NCBI GenBank assembly: GCA_965218425.1
Contig: OZ244621.1
Span: 1,024,001-1,088,000, forward strand
DNA: 64,000 bases
Direction of reading: 5' to 3'
Origin: an uncultured Candidatus Binatia bacterium
GTDB taxonomy: Bacteria > Desulfobacterota > Binatia > UBA9968 > CAXXLF01
Position numbers and translations under genes: made by a program. Positions within the stretch are counted from its first letter, which is position 1. Every line of letters begins with the position of its first letter. The notes under the pieces were generated by a model, which worked only from the letters and a program-made list of their open reading frames with translations, did not search any database and was not told the origin of the DNA. Shown here one piece after another: positions 7,895 to 18,319 of the stretch.

Positions 7895-8986
7895 ATGGGA
7901 ACAATCATTGACGCGGATACTCATGTTTCGGAATCGGAAGCCATGTGGTCGCTCCTGGAAAAGGAGGCCTACCCTCGACGTCCACTTCTCATGCGTGTTC
8001 CCAACGACACCCAATACAAAGACCGAGACGCGTTCTGGCTCATCGATGGCCAGATAGTTCCGAAACCGGCGGGCCAAGCCGGGAGTGTGCTCATTACTCC
8101 GGCGGCGGCCTCCAATCAATCTAACAGAACTGACATCACCGTCGGATCCAGAGAGCTGACGGACCCGCAAGGACGCATTAAGGACATGGATCGCCTCAAC
8201 GTGGATGTTCAGGTGACATACCCAACGTTGTTTCTCGTTTATCTGACAGATGACATTGCTTTGGAGATCGCTCTTTGCAGGGCCTACAACAGGTGGATGA
8301 GCGAGGCCTGTGCCAACGGTGGCGGTCGCCTTCGATGGGTGGCGATCCCGCCGCTACGAAGTGTGGAGGAATCCTTAAACGAGATCAGGTGGGCCAAGGA
8401 TCACGGCGCGGTGGGGCTTTTCTTTCGTGGATTGGAAAAGGACCGCAATCTGGATGACCCGTACTTTTTCCCCATTTACAAGGCGGCCATGGAGCTGGAT
8501 TTACCTATCTGCATCCATACGGGATCCGGCTCCCCCGTGTTGTCGAATCTGTTCAACCTTGAACGCCACTCAGCGTTTGCCTCTGGACGCATTCCTCCGA
8601 TCATCGCCTTCAGAAATCTCGTGGCGAACAAAATTCCTGAGCTGTTTCCGACCCTCAAGTTTGGCTTCATCGAGGCCTCCGCCGGTTGGGTTCCCTATCT
8701 GCTGCACGCGCTGCGCCGCCAGTTGCAACCGCGATGGGCTGAGCTATCAAACGGCGACTTCCTTAAACGATACAGATTCTATATAGCCTGCGAAGCCGAC
8801 GAGGACATTGGCTATCTCGCCAGGTACATCGGTGAGGACAATCTGATCATTGGCTCCGACTATGGCCACAGGGACCCTTCGGAGGAAAAAGAGCTGGTCA
8901 AAACCATGAAATCCCGTGAAGACATTCCTGCTTTTCTTACGGACAAAATTCTTTTCGATAATCCAAGAAGCTTTTACGGGTTATAG
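7895..8986 (+). CDS. Amidohydrolase family 2 protein
   Basis: IIDADTHV, DMD...VDVQVTYPT, CRAYNRW, IHTG, FIEASAGW, GSDYGH motifs; start at 7895 chosen from AAAGGA RBS. Confidence 0.9.
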   Translation: MGTIIDADTHVSESEAMWSLLEKEAYPRRPLLMRVPNDTQYKDRDAFWLIDGQIVPKPAGQAGSVLITPAAASNQSNRTDITVGSRELTDPQGRIKDMDRLNVDVQVTYPTLFLVYLTDDIALEIALCRAYNRWMSEACANGGGRLRWVAIPPLRSVEESLNEIRWAKDHGAVGLFFRGLEKDRNLDDPYFFPIYKAAMELDLPICIHTGSGSPVLSNLFNLERHSAFASGRIPPIIAFRNLVANKIPELFPTLKFGFIEASAGWVPYLLHALRRQLQPRWAELSNGDFLKRYRFYIACEADEDIGYLARYIGEDNLIIGSDYGHRDPSEEKELVKTMKSREDIPAFLTDKILFDNPRSFYGL

Positions 8987-9076
8987 CGCAGTAAGCCTTT
9001 TATCCATTTCCTTCCCAGAACCGGCCCTTTAATTGATCCGTTCACAGACTTGGAGCTCAAGGGGCCATAACTCCCT

Positions 9077-9106
9077 TTGACTTCCAGGAACAGGGGGACA
9101 TAGAAT
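9077..9106 (+). promoter_or_regulatory. Putative sigma70 promoter of the efflux operon
   Basis: TTGACT-N18-TAGAAT about 30 bp upstream of ATG 9139. Confidence 0.55.
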
Positions 9107-9138
9107 GCTGTCAAAGCTACGAGCCCCTGGAGAATACC

Positions 9139-10767
9139 ATGGCCCTGGGCGGACAAAGACTCATCTCACCGGATAATCCTTCCTACAAGTGGTGGCTTAC
9201 GACGGCCCTTGTGGTGGGATCCATGACAGTGGGGTTTGCCGAGCGGATGGTGGAGATCGCGATTCCCCAGATCATGGTCGCGCTTAAGGTCAACCTGGAC
9301 CAGGCTCAGTGGATCCGGACGGGGCCTGCCATCGTAAGGACCATCTTGGGACCAACGGTGGGCTGGTTCTCGGGCATCTTTGGGGTACGCCAGATATACG
9401 TTGCCACCATTGTTCTCTTCATCATAGGCTCTGGTTTTGCCGGAGCGGCCTGGAGCTTTGGCGCCCTTATTTTTTTTCTGGCTTTGAAAAACGCCGGGGG
9501 CGGCCTCAGGCAACCCCTTTCAATGTCGATTCTCTATCGAAGCTTTCCTTCCCACCAACGGGGACTTGCCATGGGGTTTTATCAGGCGAGTCATATGATG
9601 GGTCCACTGCTGGCCCCTCTCTTGGGTGGCTGGCTGGTGGAGAATTTTGGCTGGCGCTCGGTCTTTTACATTAACATACCAATCAATATCCTGGCCCTAC
9701 TGCTCATTATGGTGGTCATGCCCAAAGACTTAGACACACAGGAAAAGAAACGCCCCCCCAGTGTGGATTTCCTAGGGTTGGCCAGTATGGGGGTATGCGT
9801 GGGCACTCTCGTCTGGGCGGTCAATAATGGACAGACGATAGGCTGGGACTCACCTTATATTTTAGGCCTTCTTTCGGTTTCCGCCATGTCCGGTTCCCTA
9901 TTCATTATTACAGAGCTCAATTCGGAATATCCCATCGTTGACCTTAGGGTCTTTAAGAACCTCTCCTTCTCCCTGTCATTTCTGGTCAGGCTTTTTAATA
10001 CCGGTATTTTCTTCAGTACTAATTTCCTCTTTGGCATATTTATCCAAAGAGAGCTCAAGTTTTCTCCGCTTCAGGCCGGCCAACGTTTAGCCCCCATGGC
10101 ACTGGCTGCGGGAGTCGGAGGTATCTTTTGGGGCTATCTCTCTGATAAGATCAAGATCCCTTTCGTCATCTCAACTTCACTCCTTGCCTCCTCCATAACC
10201 ATGCACCTCTATTCAAAAATGGAGTTGGAAACTTCCCTTACCTATATTATCCTCGTGACTATTTTCCAGGCCCTGTTTCGCTCGGGTTCTCAGGCCACAA
10301 TGATATCGCTCTCTTTGAGCACGCTTCCTAGGGATAAGGTAACCCTCGGGGCGGGATTGGACTCCCTGGCACGCAATCTGGGAAATACCGTTGGTGTCCC
10401 GTTGATCACCGCCTTTGTGACCAACCGGGAGAGGGCACGCCTGACAGGGCAAATGAGGGGGTATTCACTGGACCGGGGAAACCAACAAGCCCTGGACGCT
10501 TTGCAGAGGGGGCTCGAAAAAACTGGCGATCCCCCCGCCAGGGCAAGGCTAAGATCGCTCAATATAGTTAGAGGTCTAATAACCAAAAGGGCTGCCATTG
10601 AATCCTATCACGACGGCTTTCGTTTGGCGGCCATCACCGGGGTTTTCCTTATCCCCTTGGTGCTCTCCATCCGGTCCCTCCATGATGGGAGGAGAGCGCC
10701 AAGGGGTGGCGGCGATGCCGAGGGTGGTGGACCTCCAAGAGAGGGAACTAGTAATATCGACCAATAG
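9139..10767 (+). CDS. DHA2-family MFS efflux permease (EmrB/QacA-like)
   Basis: 542 aa, about 14 hydrophobic segments, GPLLAPLLGGWL...GWRSVFYINIP motif; adjacent to an HlyD gene. Confidence 0.9.
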   Translation: MALGGQRLISPDNPSYKWWLTTALVVGSMTVGFAERMVEIAIPQIMVALKVNLDQAQWIRTGPAIVRTILGPTVGWFSGIFGVRQIYVATIVLFIIGSGFAGAAWSFGALIFFLALKNAGGGLRQPLSMSILYRSFPSHQRGLAMGFYQASHMMGPLLAPLLGGWLVENFGWRSVFYINIPINILALLLIMVVMPKDLDTQEKKRPPSVDFLGLASMGVCVGTLVWAVNNGQTIGWDSPYILGLLSVSAMSGSLFIITELNSEYPIVDLRVFKNLSFSLSFLVRLFNTGIFFSTNFLFGIFIQRELKFSPLQAGQRLAPMALAAGVGGIFWGYLSDKIKIPFVISTSLLASSITMHLYSKMELETSLTYIILVTIFQALFRSGSQATMISLSLSTLPRDKVTLGAGLDSLARNLGNTVGVPLITAFVTNRERARLTGQMRGYSLDRGNQQALDALQRGLEKTGDPPARARLRSLNIVRGLITKRAAIESYHDGFRLAAITGVFLIPLVLSIRSLHDGRRAPRGGGDAEGGGPPREGTSNIDQ

Positions 10768-10827
10768 TGATATAAAAGAAACGAACTCAGAGGTTTCAAC
10801 CGAGCCCGGGATGCAGGAACGAAGCTG

Positions 10828-12168
10828 ATGAAAAAACGAACCATATTCCTCTCCACCCTCGCCGGCATAGGCCTAGTCGTCGCCGGCGTCTATGGAGTCA
10901 GGTGGTGGATCACGGCCATGAATACGGTGTACACCGATGATGCCCGCGTGACCGCCTCCTACGCCACTATCAGCGCCGAGGTCTCTGGACGGATTGTGAA
11001 GTTGCTCGTGGATGAGGGAGATGTGGTGAAAAAAGGCACGCTCCTTGTTCAGATCGATCTGGATGATTACAAAGCCGCTCTGGAGGATTCCCTTGCCGAA
11101 CTAAATCAGGCCTCGGCGAAACTCACGGAGGAACGCATCCACCACAAGGCCATGGAGGCAACGGTCAGCAGTGAGGTCAGCCGCGCTGAGGCCTCCGTGG
11201 AAGCGGCGAAGGGAATCTTAAGAGAAAAGAAACGCATGGTGGAGTTGGCGAAGCTCGTCACCAAAACCCAGCGTGATCAGGTGGCGGCCGCATTGAAAGT
11301 GGCCGAGTCAAACCTTGCGGCGGGGGAAGTGGAACTCAAAAACGCAGCTGTGGAGTTGGAGCGGGCTAAGAAGCTTTTCAAGAGCCAATTTATCTCTGCG
11401 AAGGACCTCGACACCGCTAAGACCGCCTACGATCATGCTCTGGCAACCGTCGAAATGCGCAAGAATGAGGTGCAGTGGGCCAAGGCTGATAAAGGGTTGG
11501 CAGAGGTTTCGAAATTAAACAATTTCCGCGATGACGCAATGCTAGCCCAGGCGAAGACACTGACCGCCAGATCCGATCTGAAAAAGGCGCAGGCTGATTT
11601 TCGCCTGGCCAGGGCAAAGTTGGCCGACCTAGAGGCCTTCAAGGCGCGGATAAAATCTCAAGAATCGAAAATCGGCCAGCTCAAGCTCAAGGTGGCAACC
11701 AGACGGCGCCAGCTGGAAGACACAGCGGTAAGAAGCCCCGTGAACGGGGTGGTCGTTCGAACAACGGCCGATATTGGAGACATCATAGAGCCAGGCCAAT
11801 CGCTTCTCAAAGTCGTTATCGAAGGCACCTTAGAGGTTCGAGCGAATATCCGCGAAACCTATCTCAGATACATTCAGCGCGGCAATCCGGTTGAGGTCTA
11901 CGTTGACGCTTACCCGCATCGGTCGTTTAATGGCAAGGTCCAGATTATCGGTGACGCCGCAGATTCAGAGTTTGCTCTGTTCAAACCGACGGGGCCCTTC
12001 ACAAAGCTAGAGCAGGTGATCCCCGTGGAGATCTCCCTCGACGGCCATTCCAACAATAGGGATCTGAAACCGGGGATGAACGTCGTCGTCTACATCACGC
12101 GAACCGGTTCAAACTATGGTGGATCCTCCATGAAGGCCCTGGCCAAGCAGAGATCGCCTGATCGTTAG
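10828..12168 (+). CDS. HlyD/EmrA-family membrane fusion protein
   Basis: N-terminal TM, TDDA, VSGRIVKLLVDEGDVVKKG lipoyl half, long coiled coil, SPVNGVV, LKPGMNV. Confidence 0.92.
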   Translation: MKKRTIFLSTLAGIGLVVAGVYGVRWWITAMNTVYTDDARVTASYATISAEVSGRIVKLLVDEGDVVKKGTLLVQIDLDDYKAALEDSLAELNQASAKLTEERIHHKAMEATVSSEVSRAEASVEAAKGILREKKRMVELAKLVTKTQRDQVAAALKVAESNLAAGEVELKNAAVELERAKKLFKSQFISAKDLDTAKTAYDHALATVEMRKNEVQWAKADKGLAEVSKLNNFRDDAMLAQAKTLTARSDLKKAQADFRLARAKLADLEAFKARIKSQESKIGQLKLKVATRRRQLEDTAVRSPVNGVVVRTTADIGDIIEPGQSLLKVVIEGTLEVRANIRETYLRYIQRGNPVEVYVDAYPHRSFNGKVQIIGDAADSEFALFKPTGPFTKLEQVIPVEISLDGHSNNRDLKPGMNVVVYITRTGSNYGGSSMKALAKQRSPDR

Positions 12169-12562
12169 AGCAACATTCGCCCATACGCTGTCGGCAAGCC
12201 GAGCATCAACGCAACCCCTTAAGCTCTCCACTCAACGTTAAAAGTATTGCAGCCACACAATTCAACCGCGCCAGCCCCGCGCCGGTTAGGCGCCCCTCGT
12301 ACCGACACTTCCGTTGAAATCCGCATCCGTCTAATTAGACGTTAGATAAAACGGAAACCAAAAAATGATAGCTTCAAGATGAATTTCGCTGCTAATTTTA
12401 ATACTGGTCTTGACGGTTTTCCCTCGCCTTGTCCAAAGTCAGATAGCGGGCACAGAGCTGGATCGATTGGAAGAGGCCGGGCAATCCATTGACAAGATAA
12501 AAGTATCACTGACGGGAAAATTCGTCGCGACACCCGCTAGAGGAGTAGAGGCTAAACCGCCA

Positions 12563-12710
12563 AGCGCATGGGGCATGGCGCAAAGAGTGAGAACAAGGGA
12601 GACGTCCGACGCTTTGCGCTCTGCTCTTTGCCCACTCGACTTGATACTCAACGCTTCTTTCCCCTGCACCCACTCAGTCCTCAGCACTCGCAACTCAATA
12701 CCGAGCGCTT
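12563..12710. repeat. Heptamer-unit intergenic repeat between convergent genes
   Basis: GCGCATG-GGGCATG-GCGCAAA with inverted TTTGCGC-TCTGCTC-TTTGCCC, then ACTCAGT-CCTCAGC-ACTCGCA-ACTCAAT. Confidence 0.6.
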
Positions 12711-12729
12711 CGGCGACCTACGTTGGATC

Positions 12730-13101
12730 TCACTGTTCCGCCGGGGTCAGAAGCTGCAGCCGGTGGCCGTCCGGGTCGGAGAAATAAATGCAGTGAGGGT
12801 CGCCTCGGCGGCCTGTCACCTTGATCCCCTCTTTTTCCAAAAGCGCCTTGACTCTCTCGTATTCCCCGGACTGAAGACGCAGCGCCATATGGTTCACCTC
12901 ATCACCCCCGTTGATGGTTTTCGCGCCATCCACCTCAAAGAGGCCCACCTGCTGATTTCCGCAGTTCACAAAGAGTTGCCAGGAATTTTCGTGCCGAACC
13001 TCCATCCCCAAAAAATCCACGTAGAACTCTTTGGCGCGAGATAAATCCTTTACGTGGAGCACGACATGGTCGATGCCGGTAACTTTGAGAGGCGAGTTCA
13101 T
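12730..13101 (-). CDS. VOC/glyoxalase family protein
   Basis: IDHVVLHVKDL...FY..FLG, NHMAL, YFSDPDGHRLQL. Confidence 0.9.
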   Translation of the reverse strand: MNSPLKVTGIDHVVLHVKDLSRAKEFYVDFLGMEVRHENSWQLFVNCGNQQVGLFEVDGAKTINGGDEVNHMALRLQSGEYERVKALLEKEGIKVTGRRGDPHCIYFSDPDGHRLQLLTPAEQ

Positions 13102-13191
13102 GGTTACACCTCCTGTGATTGGATTCTTACCTATTGATTCTACAACGGAACGACTTTAACAACATGCGTCACGCCACGGCAACCCCGAATT

Positions 13192-13365
13192 AAAATCCGA
13201 AATCCTAATTTCGAAATTCGAAACCATGCCGAAATTCAATTTGCCAAAATCCTAAACTATTCAACCCTTCCGTTTTGGACGTTTGCCAATTTGCCGTTCG
13301 ATAGTGTTTGGAATTTTAGGCTGTTTGACCATTGGGATTTGTTTCGTATTTCGGATTTCGAGTTT
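13192..13365. repeat. Palindromic heptamer repeat element
   Basis: AAATCCG-AAATCCT-AATTTCG-AAATTCG-AAAC at left; inverted GTTTCG-TATTTCG-GATTTCG-AGTTT at right. Confidence 0.7.
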
Positions 13366-13508
13366 ATCATTGTTTTACTTGGCACCCTTTGCGTTTTGGC
13401 CCCTCGATTTCCCTCGGGGTCCTGAGGTTCTCAAAGGACGCGGGTTATTTTCTTACCGATCCCAATACTCAACGCAAGGAAGAAATTCAGACCTCGTTGC
13501 TCGCGGTT

Positions 13509-14594
13509 TCACTGCAATCTGAAAAACTTCTTTGCGTTGTCCCCCATGACGGCTTTCTTATCTTCCAAGGTCAGATCCGGGCGCTCCAGGGCTCCCTGAA
13601 TCATATTCTTCGCCGCCACAAGATCCACTTCATGGGGATAATCCGTGGCAAAGGCGAAGGCGTCAATACCCGCCTTGTGCTTCACATAGGACAAGACTTC
13701 GTCATTACCCTCGCAACCCACCAAGACCTGGCCGCAGGATAGGTACTCCTCGATGGAGCGCCTCTTGCCGTGACGGGTGGTATAAACACTCTCGTCGCGG
13801 TCTTGCCTGTCCAGCAGCAGTACCGTCCACGCACACCCCCCTTCGAAGAAACCCACGCGTAGATCTCGATAACGGTCCAGGACACCATGATGGACCATAG
13901 AGATCATCTCCAGAGCCAGTGGAACCGGATGACGCAAGGCGCGAGCAGCCGTTGGATCCGTAAAGGTGTCCGCTCCCAGACCCACGCTAGACCCACCATG
14001 GACGCCCAGAGCACAGCCGAGATTGGCCGCTTCCTCGTACACCGGCCAGTAGTAATCATGACCGAGGTGCAGGGGCAATCCCCGCGACGGCAGCATCACC
14101 GCCGTTATTCCAAGTTGCAGTACGGCACGGCGAAGCTCCGCCACGGCAGATTTCACATCCTGCATTGCAACCAGCCCCACGGGGTGAAGGCGCTTGTCCA
14201 CTTTCCGGTATCGCTCGGCCACATAGTCGTTGTAGGCCCGGCAGACCAGCGCCGCGTAGTCAGCCTGTTGAAAAAATCCGACGGATAGACCTTCCGAGGG
14301 AAACATGACCGTTTGCTCCACGCCAGACTTATCGAGAAAAGCCACCCAGTCCTCAGCCGAGCCCATCCGGTGATCGCTGGCATTGACCCTGTCCCTGCTG
14401 GGTTTTCGCTCCTCCGCACTTAGACCGAGATTGCGGGGATAGTGGATGCTGTCCAGTTGGGCAAAGACTCCCTGGCGGTTCCTGGAGGGAGTCAACGCAA
14501 TATGGCGGATTCTGGGATCCATGTATTCAACCATTTCAGGAATGGACTCAATGATATGGCCGTCGCAATCTACGACTGTAACCTTGCCACCCAT
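13509..14594 (-). CDS. Amidohydrolase family 2 protein
   Basis: VVDCDGHI, CRAYND, VHGG, FFEGGCAW, ATDYPH motifs. Confidence 0.9.
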   Translation of the reverse strand: MGGKVTVVDCDGHIIESIPEMVEYMDPRIRHIALTPSRNRQGVFAQLDSIHYPRNLGLSAEERKPSRDRVNASDHRMGSAEDWVAFLDKSGVEQTVMFPSEGLSVGFFQQADYAALVCRAYNDYVAERYRKVDKRLHPVGLVAMQDVKSAVAELRRAVLQLGITAVMLPSRGLPLHLGHDYYWPVYEEAANLGCALGVHGGSSVGLGADTFTDPTAARALRHPVPLALEMISMVHHGVLDRYRDLRVGFFEGGCAWTVLLLDRQDRDESVYTTRHGKRRSIEEYLSCGQVLVGCEGNDEVLSYVKHKAGIDAFAFATDYPHEVDLVAAKNMIQGALERPDLTLEDKKAVMGDNAKKFFRLQ

Positions 14595-14730
14595 GGGGGC
14601 CTCCTCGCTGATTTTTTAACCACGGTATTCTATCCAGGTATGGCAATAAAAGGAAGTCCCCGGGCGAAGCCGATCGAGGGCTGCCACCTTGCCAGAATGA
14701 GGACCGATGCGAATCCTCAAGCATGAGCCA

Positions 14731-15447
14731 TTAAGGCTCTTTAAAGTGAAGCGGCAGCTTCGCCCCGTCGTGGTCCGGTCCCAAGATTCGCCGCAAACGA
14801 AGGCGACGCACCGCAACCCGTGCCTGGCTCCGATCCCGCTCCACACCAATCCAGGGGCGGCCCATCCGGGCAGCAACCGCACCAACGGCCCCGCTGCCAA
14901 AGAACGGATCCAGTACAATTCCCGGCGGGGACAGATTGAGCAGTTTACGAACAACTCCTGGCGGCATTGCGTCCCAGAGACTCCCCGGCGGCGACCACGG
15001 TATGGGCAGATGCCAGCAAAGCGCGGACTTTGGAGGTAGGCTTCGCACCCCGGCCTTGCAAAAGCGCAAGAGATAATTGATCCGGTCATCCCAACGCAAT
15101 GTGGATGGCTCCTCTGTCCAAAATGCCTTGGCCTGCAGCGACCATCCAGCCTTGCGGAGAGAGTCTGCTAGGATCCCATCCATTCCGATCCACTCCCGAC
15201 CGTCGTGACGGTCCCCCATGATGATCCAAAGTTCTCCACGAGGTGCGAGAACCCGCCGCCACTCCCGTCCATGTTCCGTGGCGATCTGCCGTGCATACCG
15301 AACGGCTGATTCCCTACCTTGCCCCCGTACCCAGTAAGGCGGACTGGTGAGGATTACCGCCACTGATCGGTCAGGAATGATCGGCACCTTCCGGCTATCC
15401 CCCACTAAGAGTATCCCTTTACCGTTTGTGCTCTGGTATCGAACCAA
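14731..15447 (-). CDS. Orphan beta-class N4C/N6A DNA methyltransferase-like protein, compact
   Basis: Motif IV TSPPY N-terminal and motif I VLDPFFGSG C-terminal, followed by GRPWIGVE; 238 aa. Confidence 0.8.
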   Translation of the reverse strand: MVRYQSTNGKGILLVGDSRKVPIIPDRSVAVILTSPPYWVRGQGRESAVRYARQIATEHGREWRRVLAPRGELWIIMGDRHDGREWIGMDGILADSLRKAGWSLQAKAFWTEEPSTLRWDDRINYLLRFCKAGVRSLPPKSALCWHLPIPWSPPGSLWDAMPPGVVRKLLNLSPPGIVLDPFFGSGAVGAVAARMGRPWIGVERDRSQARVAVRRLRLRRILGPDHDGAKLPLHFKEP

Positions 15448-15484
15448 TGCTTGACTCCCTTAATTTATGCATTTCACGGCAAGA

Positions 15485-16618
15485 CTATTTGCGAAATCGG
15501 TCCAGTCTAAACAGACTAAGGTCCCGCTCGGTACCCCCACTAAGGACAAAATCGGATAGCAGCTCGCCCACGACACTGGAGAACTTGAACCCATGACCAG
15601 AAAATCCGGCTGCAACCAAGACTCGCGGGGAATCCGGATGGAAGTCTACAATAAAGTGTCCATCCGGAGAATTGGTAAAGATACATGTTTTGAGAGTCAA
15701 GGTAGGACCGTCGGCTTCGGGAAAGTAGCGGCGGATCACTTCACGCAAAATCTTTTCATCTTCCGGATGACATTCACGATCCATGCGATCCGGGTCCACC
15801 TGCTGATGGAGGTGATGGTACCTACCGATCTTGAAGCCGGGGACCTCGAATATGGGAGTACCGTATAAGAGACCTTCGGGAACCTCCAGGACAAATACGG
15901 GAAACGTCCCGGGACAAAATAGCTCTGGTTGCAAAGGCTGGCTCCACATCAATACCTGACGTTCCGGGATCGCGAGGGGGGCAAGTAATGGAACTACGGA
16001 AGACGCCCACGGCCCGGCAGCAATAACGAGCTTATCCGCCCGGTAACTATCATGGTCAGTGCGAACCCGGACGTCATTGGCGCCCGCCTCCCACCGCAAC
16101 ACACGCTCCTGATAGTGCACCTCCGCCCCGAGGTCTTGGGCGGCCTTGACGTGGGCCCCGACACAACGCTCGGAAAGAAGGAATCCCGCATCCGGCTGAT
16201 AAACAGCAATTAATTCCTTAGGGAAACCACAGCCCGGGAATTTCTGTTTCAATGCCACCATGTCCAGGACTTCGTGGGGAAGGTTGTGTGTGCGGCAAGA
16301 ACGCAAAGATCCTTCCACGATTGCACTGTTGGGCGGTCCTGCATCGATACCACCGGTTACATATAACAACTGCTCACCCGCCCGCTGCTCCATCTCGCGC
16401 CATAATTCATAGGCGCGGTAGAGAAGCGGCACGTAGGCTGGGTCCTCCGCATAGGCCAGGCGGATAATGCGGTTGACGCCATGGGAAGAACCCAACTCGT
16501 GGTTGGGATGAAATTGCTCGAGGCCTAGGGCCCTCACACCACGTTGGGCCAGGTGATAGAGGGCCGCGCTTCCCATACCGCCCGCGCCGATGACGATGGC
16601 GTCATAATTATTGGACAA
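15485..16618 (-). CDS. solA: N-methyl-L-tryptophan oxidase / monomeric sarcosine oxidase
   Basis: GAGGMG FAD motif, GSSHG..RIIRLAY, covalent-FAD Cys in TCIFTNSPD, GFSGHGFKF. Confidence 0.85.
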   Translation of the reverse strand: MSNNYDAIVIGAGGMGSAALYHLAQRGVRALGLEQFHPNHELGSSHGVNRIIRLAYAEDPAYVPLLYRAYELWREMEQRAGEQLLYVTGGIDAGPPNSAIVEGSLRSCRTHNLPHEVLDMVALKQKFPGCGFPKELIAVYQPDAGFLLSERCVGAHVKAAQDLGAEVHYQERVLRWEAGANDVRVRTDHDSYRADKLVIAAGPWASSVVPLLAPLAIPERQVLMWSQPLQPELFCPGTFPVFVLEVPEGLLYGTPIFEVPGFKIGRYHHLHQQVDPDRMDRECHPEDEKILREVIRRYFPEADGPTLTLKTCIFTNSPDGHFIVDFHPDSPRVLVAAGFSGHGFKFSSVVGELLSDFVLSGGTERDLSLFRLDRFRK

Positions 16619-16783
16619 TGGATTTCCTCAATACCTGGACTAGGCGGGTGAGGGATCATTCGACCTTGTAACTTTTTTCGATTTCACCTTTCCGTCCAGA
16701 TAGATCATTGCGCACGCACACGAACACACCATCGGATGATATGTTCTGCCGCCCGCAGAGTAGGAATGGAGAGTTAGGTCCGC

Positions 16784-17206
16784 TTAGCGAACGGCTACCG
16801 GTTTGGCAGCGGCAACTGACGCGGTCTTTAAGGGTTCCGTGCGCCAACCGGCCTCTGACAGGTCAACCCGTACACCAGCGGGATCCCTGACGAAGGCCTC
16901 TGCAAAGCGTCCATCCCGCGGCGTGCCTTTGGGTCCTTGCACGGCCCCCATTTTAAGCGCCAGCTCCGCCGTCTCTTCGTTACTGTGCACCTGGAAGCCA
17001 AAATGATCCAGGCCTTCAGCGCGTCCGTCACGGGCGGGCAAGATAGCAAGGTTGATGTGCCCATCCGAAAGATAAAATGCCTCTCGATCTTTATGACCTT
17101 CGCTAAAGTGCTGATGCACGATCTTCAGCCCAAATGTCTTGGTGTAAAAATTCACCATTTTCGCCTGGTCTTTTGCAAAAATAGCGATGTGACGTATCCT
17201 TGCCAT
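16784..17206 (-). CDS. VOC family protein
   Basis: IRHIAI...FY...FGL, YLSDG.INLA, LDHFGF, RDPAG. Confidence 0.88.
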   Translation of the reverse strand: MARIRHIAIFAKDQAKMVNFYTKTFGLKIVHQHFSEGHKDREAFYLSDGHINLAILPARDGRAEGLDHFGFQVHSNEETAELALKMGAVQGPKGTPRDGRFAEAFVRDPAGVRVDLSEAGWRTEPLKTASVAAAKPVAVR

Positions 17207-17419
17207 GCTGGCCTCCTTTCAAGAGTGCATCCCGAATCCGACAACCGATCCACAGAGAAAATCGACTGCCGCTATGTTAGTCCAAACCAAATACCAACAT
17301 CAAGGGGAAACCGGCTTTCTACGCTTCACCCCTACTTCCCTCACAATTCAACGTTCAAATTCTCGCCCTGCCGCATTAAGGACTCAGCGTTAGTAGCTCA
17401 TGGCTGACTCGTGCCAGGT

Positions 17420-17565
17420 CCCCTTCGCTCCAAGCCAGTAGTGCGACGAGGGGAGTGAAACGTCAGGCCGCAGGCATCGAACGTGTAGCTTCAAATATTC
17501 ACTGGTCTATTGCCCGCGGCAGGGCTTTTACGGTGACCTCAGCCGAACCGAGGCCCGCTCCCTGA
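17420..17565 (+). repeat. Repeat module A, uninterrupted copy (empty homologue of the IS110 target)
   Basis: Aligns to 6861-6953 joined to 7453-7480 (GGGGAGTGA..GT.AGGCCG..GGCATCGAACG...CTATTGCCCGCGGC...ACGGTGA.CTC.GCCGAACCGA). Confidence 0.75.
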
Positions 17566-17664
17566 GCAGACCGGTGGAATCCACCTTCCTCAACGACTCG
17601 ATTGATAGCTGGAACTCTACCTCCAACAGCGATAGAATGATGCTTTCTCTGTGAACCGAGCACC

Positions 17665-18315
17665 ATGGGGAGCTATCAATCCAATCCACTGGGAAACAGA
17701 AAATCAGCGGGCTCTTTGGTCGTGCTCATCGCGTTACTCGTTGCCGGATGCACGAGTCTCAAGCGGTGCGCTTACGAAGGGGTCAACCGGGATCAATGGC
17801 AAAAACCGGATGAAGTCATTCGCGCCCTCGGCATTGGAGCGGGAGACCACATCGCGGATGTCGGCTCGGGAGGGGGTTACTTCACTTTCCCACTGGCCCG
17901 GGCGACGGGGCCCACCGGAAAAGTCTATGCCGTGGACGTAGACAAGGGAATGATAGACTACGTGTCAAACCGGGCTCGGCAGGAAGGTCTTTCGAACATC
18001 GAGGTGATCCTGGCGAAACCTGATGATCCCCAACTACCCCAGTCCGGCATCGACCTCATTTTCAGCACCAACACCTACCACCATCTGGAAAACCGCCCGG
18101 CCTATTTCGCCAATGCAAGCAAGTATCTCCGCAAGGGCGGTCGCGTCGCCATCATCGAGTTCACCGATAAGCCGTGGTTCGCATTCCTTAGTAGCCACTA
18201 CACCTCCAGCGAGGCGATTAAAAAAGAGATGGGTGAAGCCGGATTCGTATTGCAAAGAGAGTTCGATTTCCTGCCAAAGCAAAGCTTTCTAGTTTTTGCA
18301 AAAAAAATACGATAA
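17665..18315 (+). CDS. Class I SAM-dependent methyltransferase with lipoprotein-like signal
   Basis: RDQWQKP, IADVGSGGGYF, VYAVDV, NTYHH; hydrophobic stretch ending LLVAGC. Confidence 0.85.
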   Translation: MGSYQSNPLGNRKSAGSLVVLIALLVAGCTSLKRCAYEGVNRDQWQKPDEVIRALGIGAGDHIADVGSGGGYFTFPLARATGPTGKVYAVDVDKGMIDYVSNRARQEGLSNIEVILAKPDDPQLPQSGIDLIFSTNTYHHLENRPAYFANASKYLRKGGRVAIIEFTDKPWFAFLSSHYTSSEAIKKEMGEAGFVLQREFDFLPKQSFLVFAKKIR

Positions 18316-18319
18316 CGCC

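Noticed and set aside
12410..12787. 125-aa ORF between the HlyD and VOC genes
   Set aside because: It runs through heptamer repeats and antisense into the VOC gene; no family signal.
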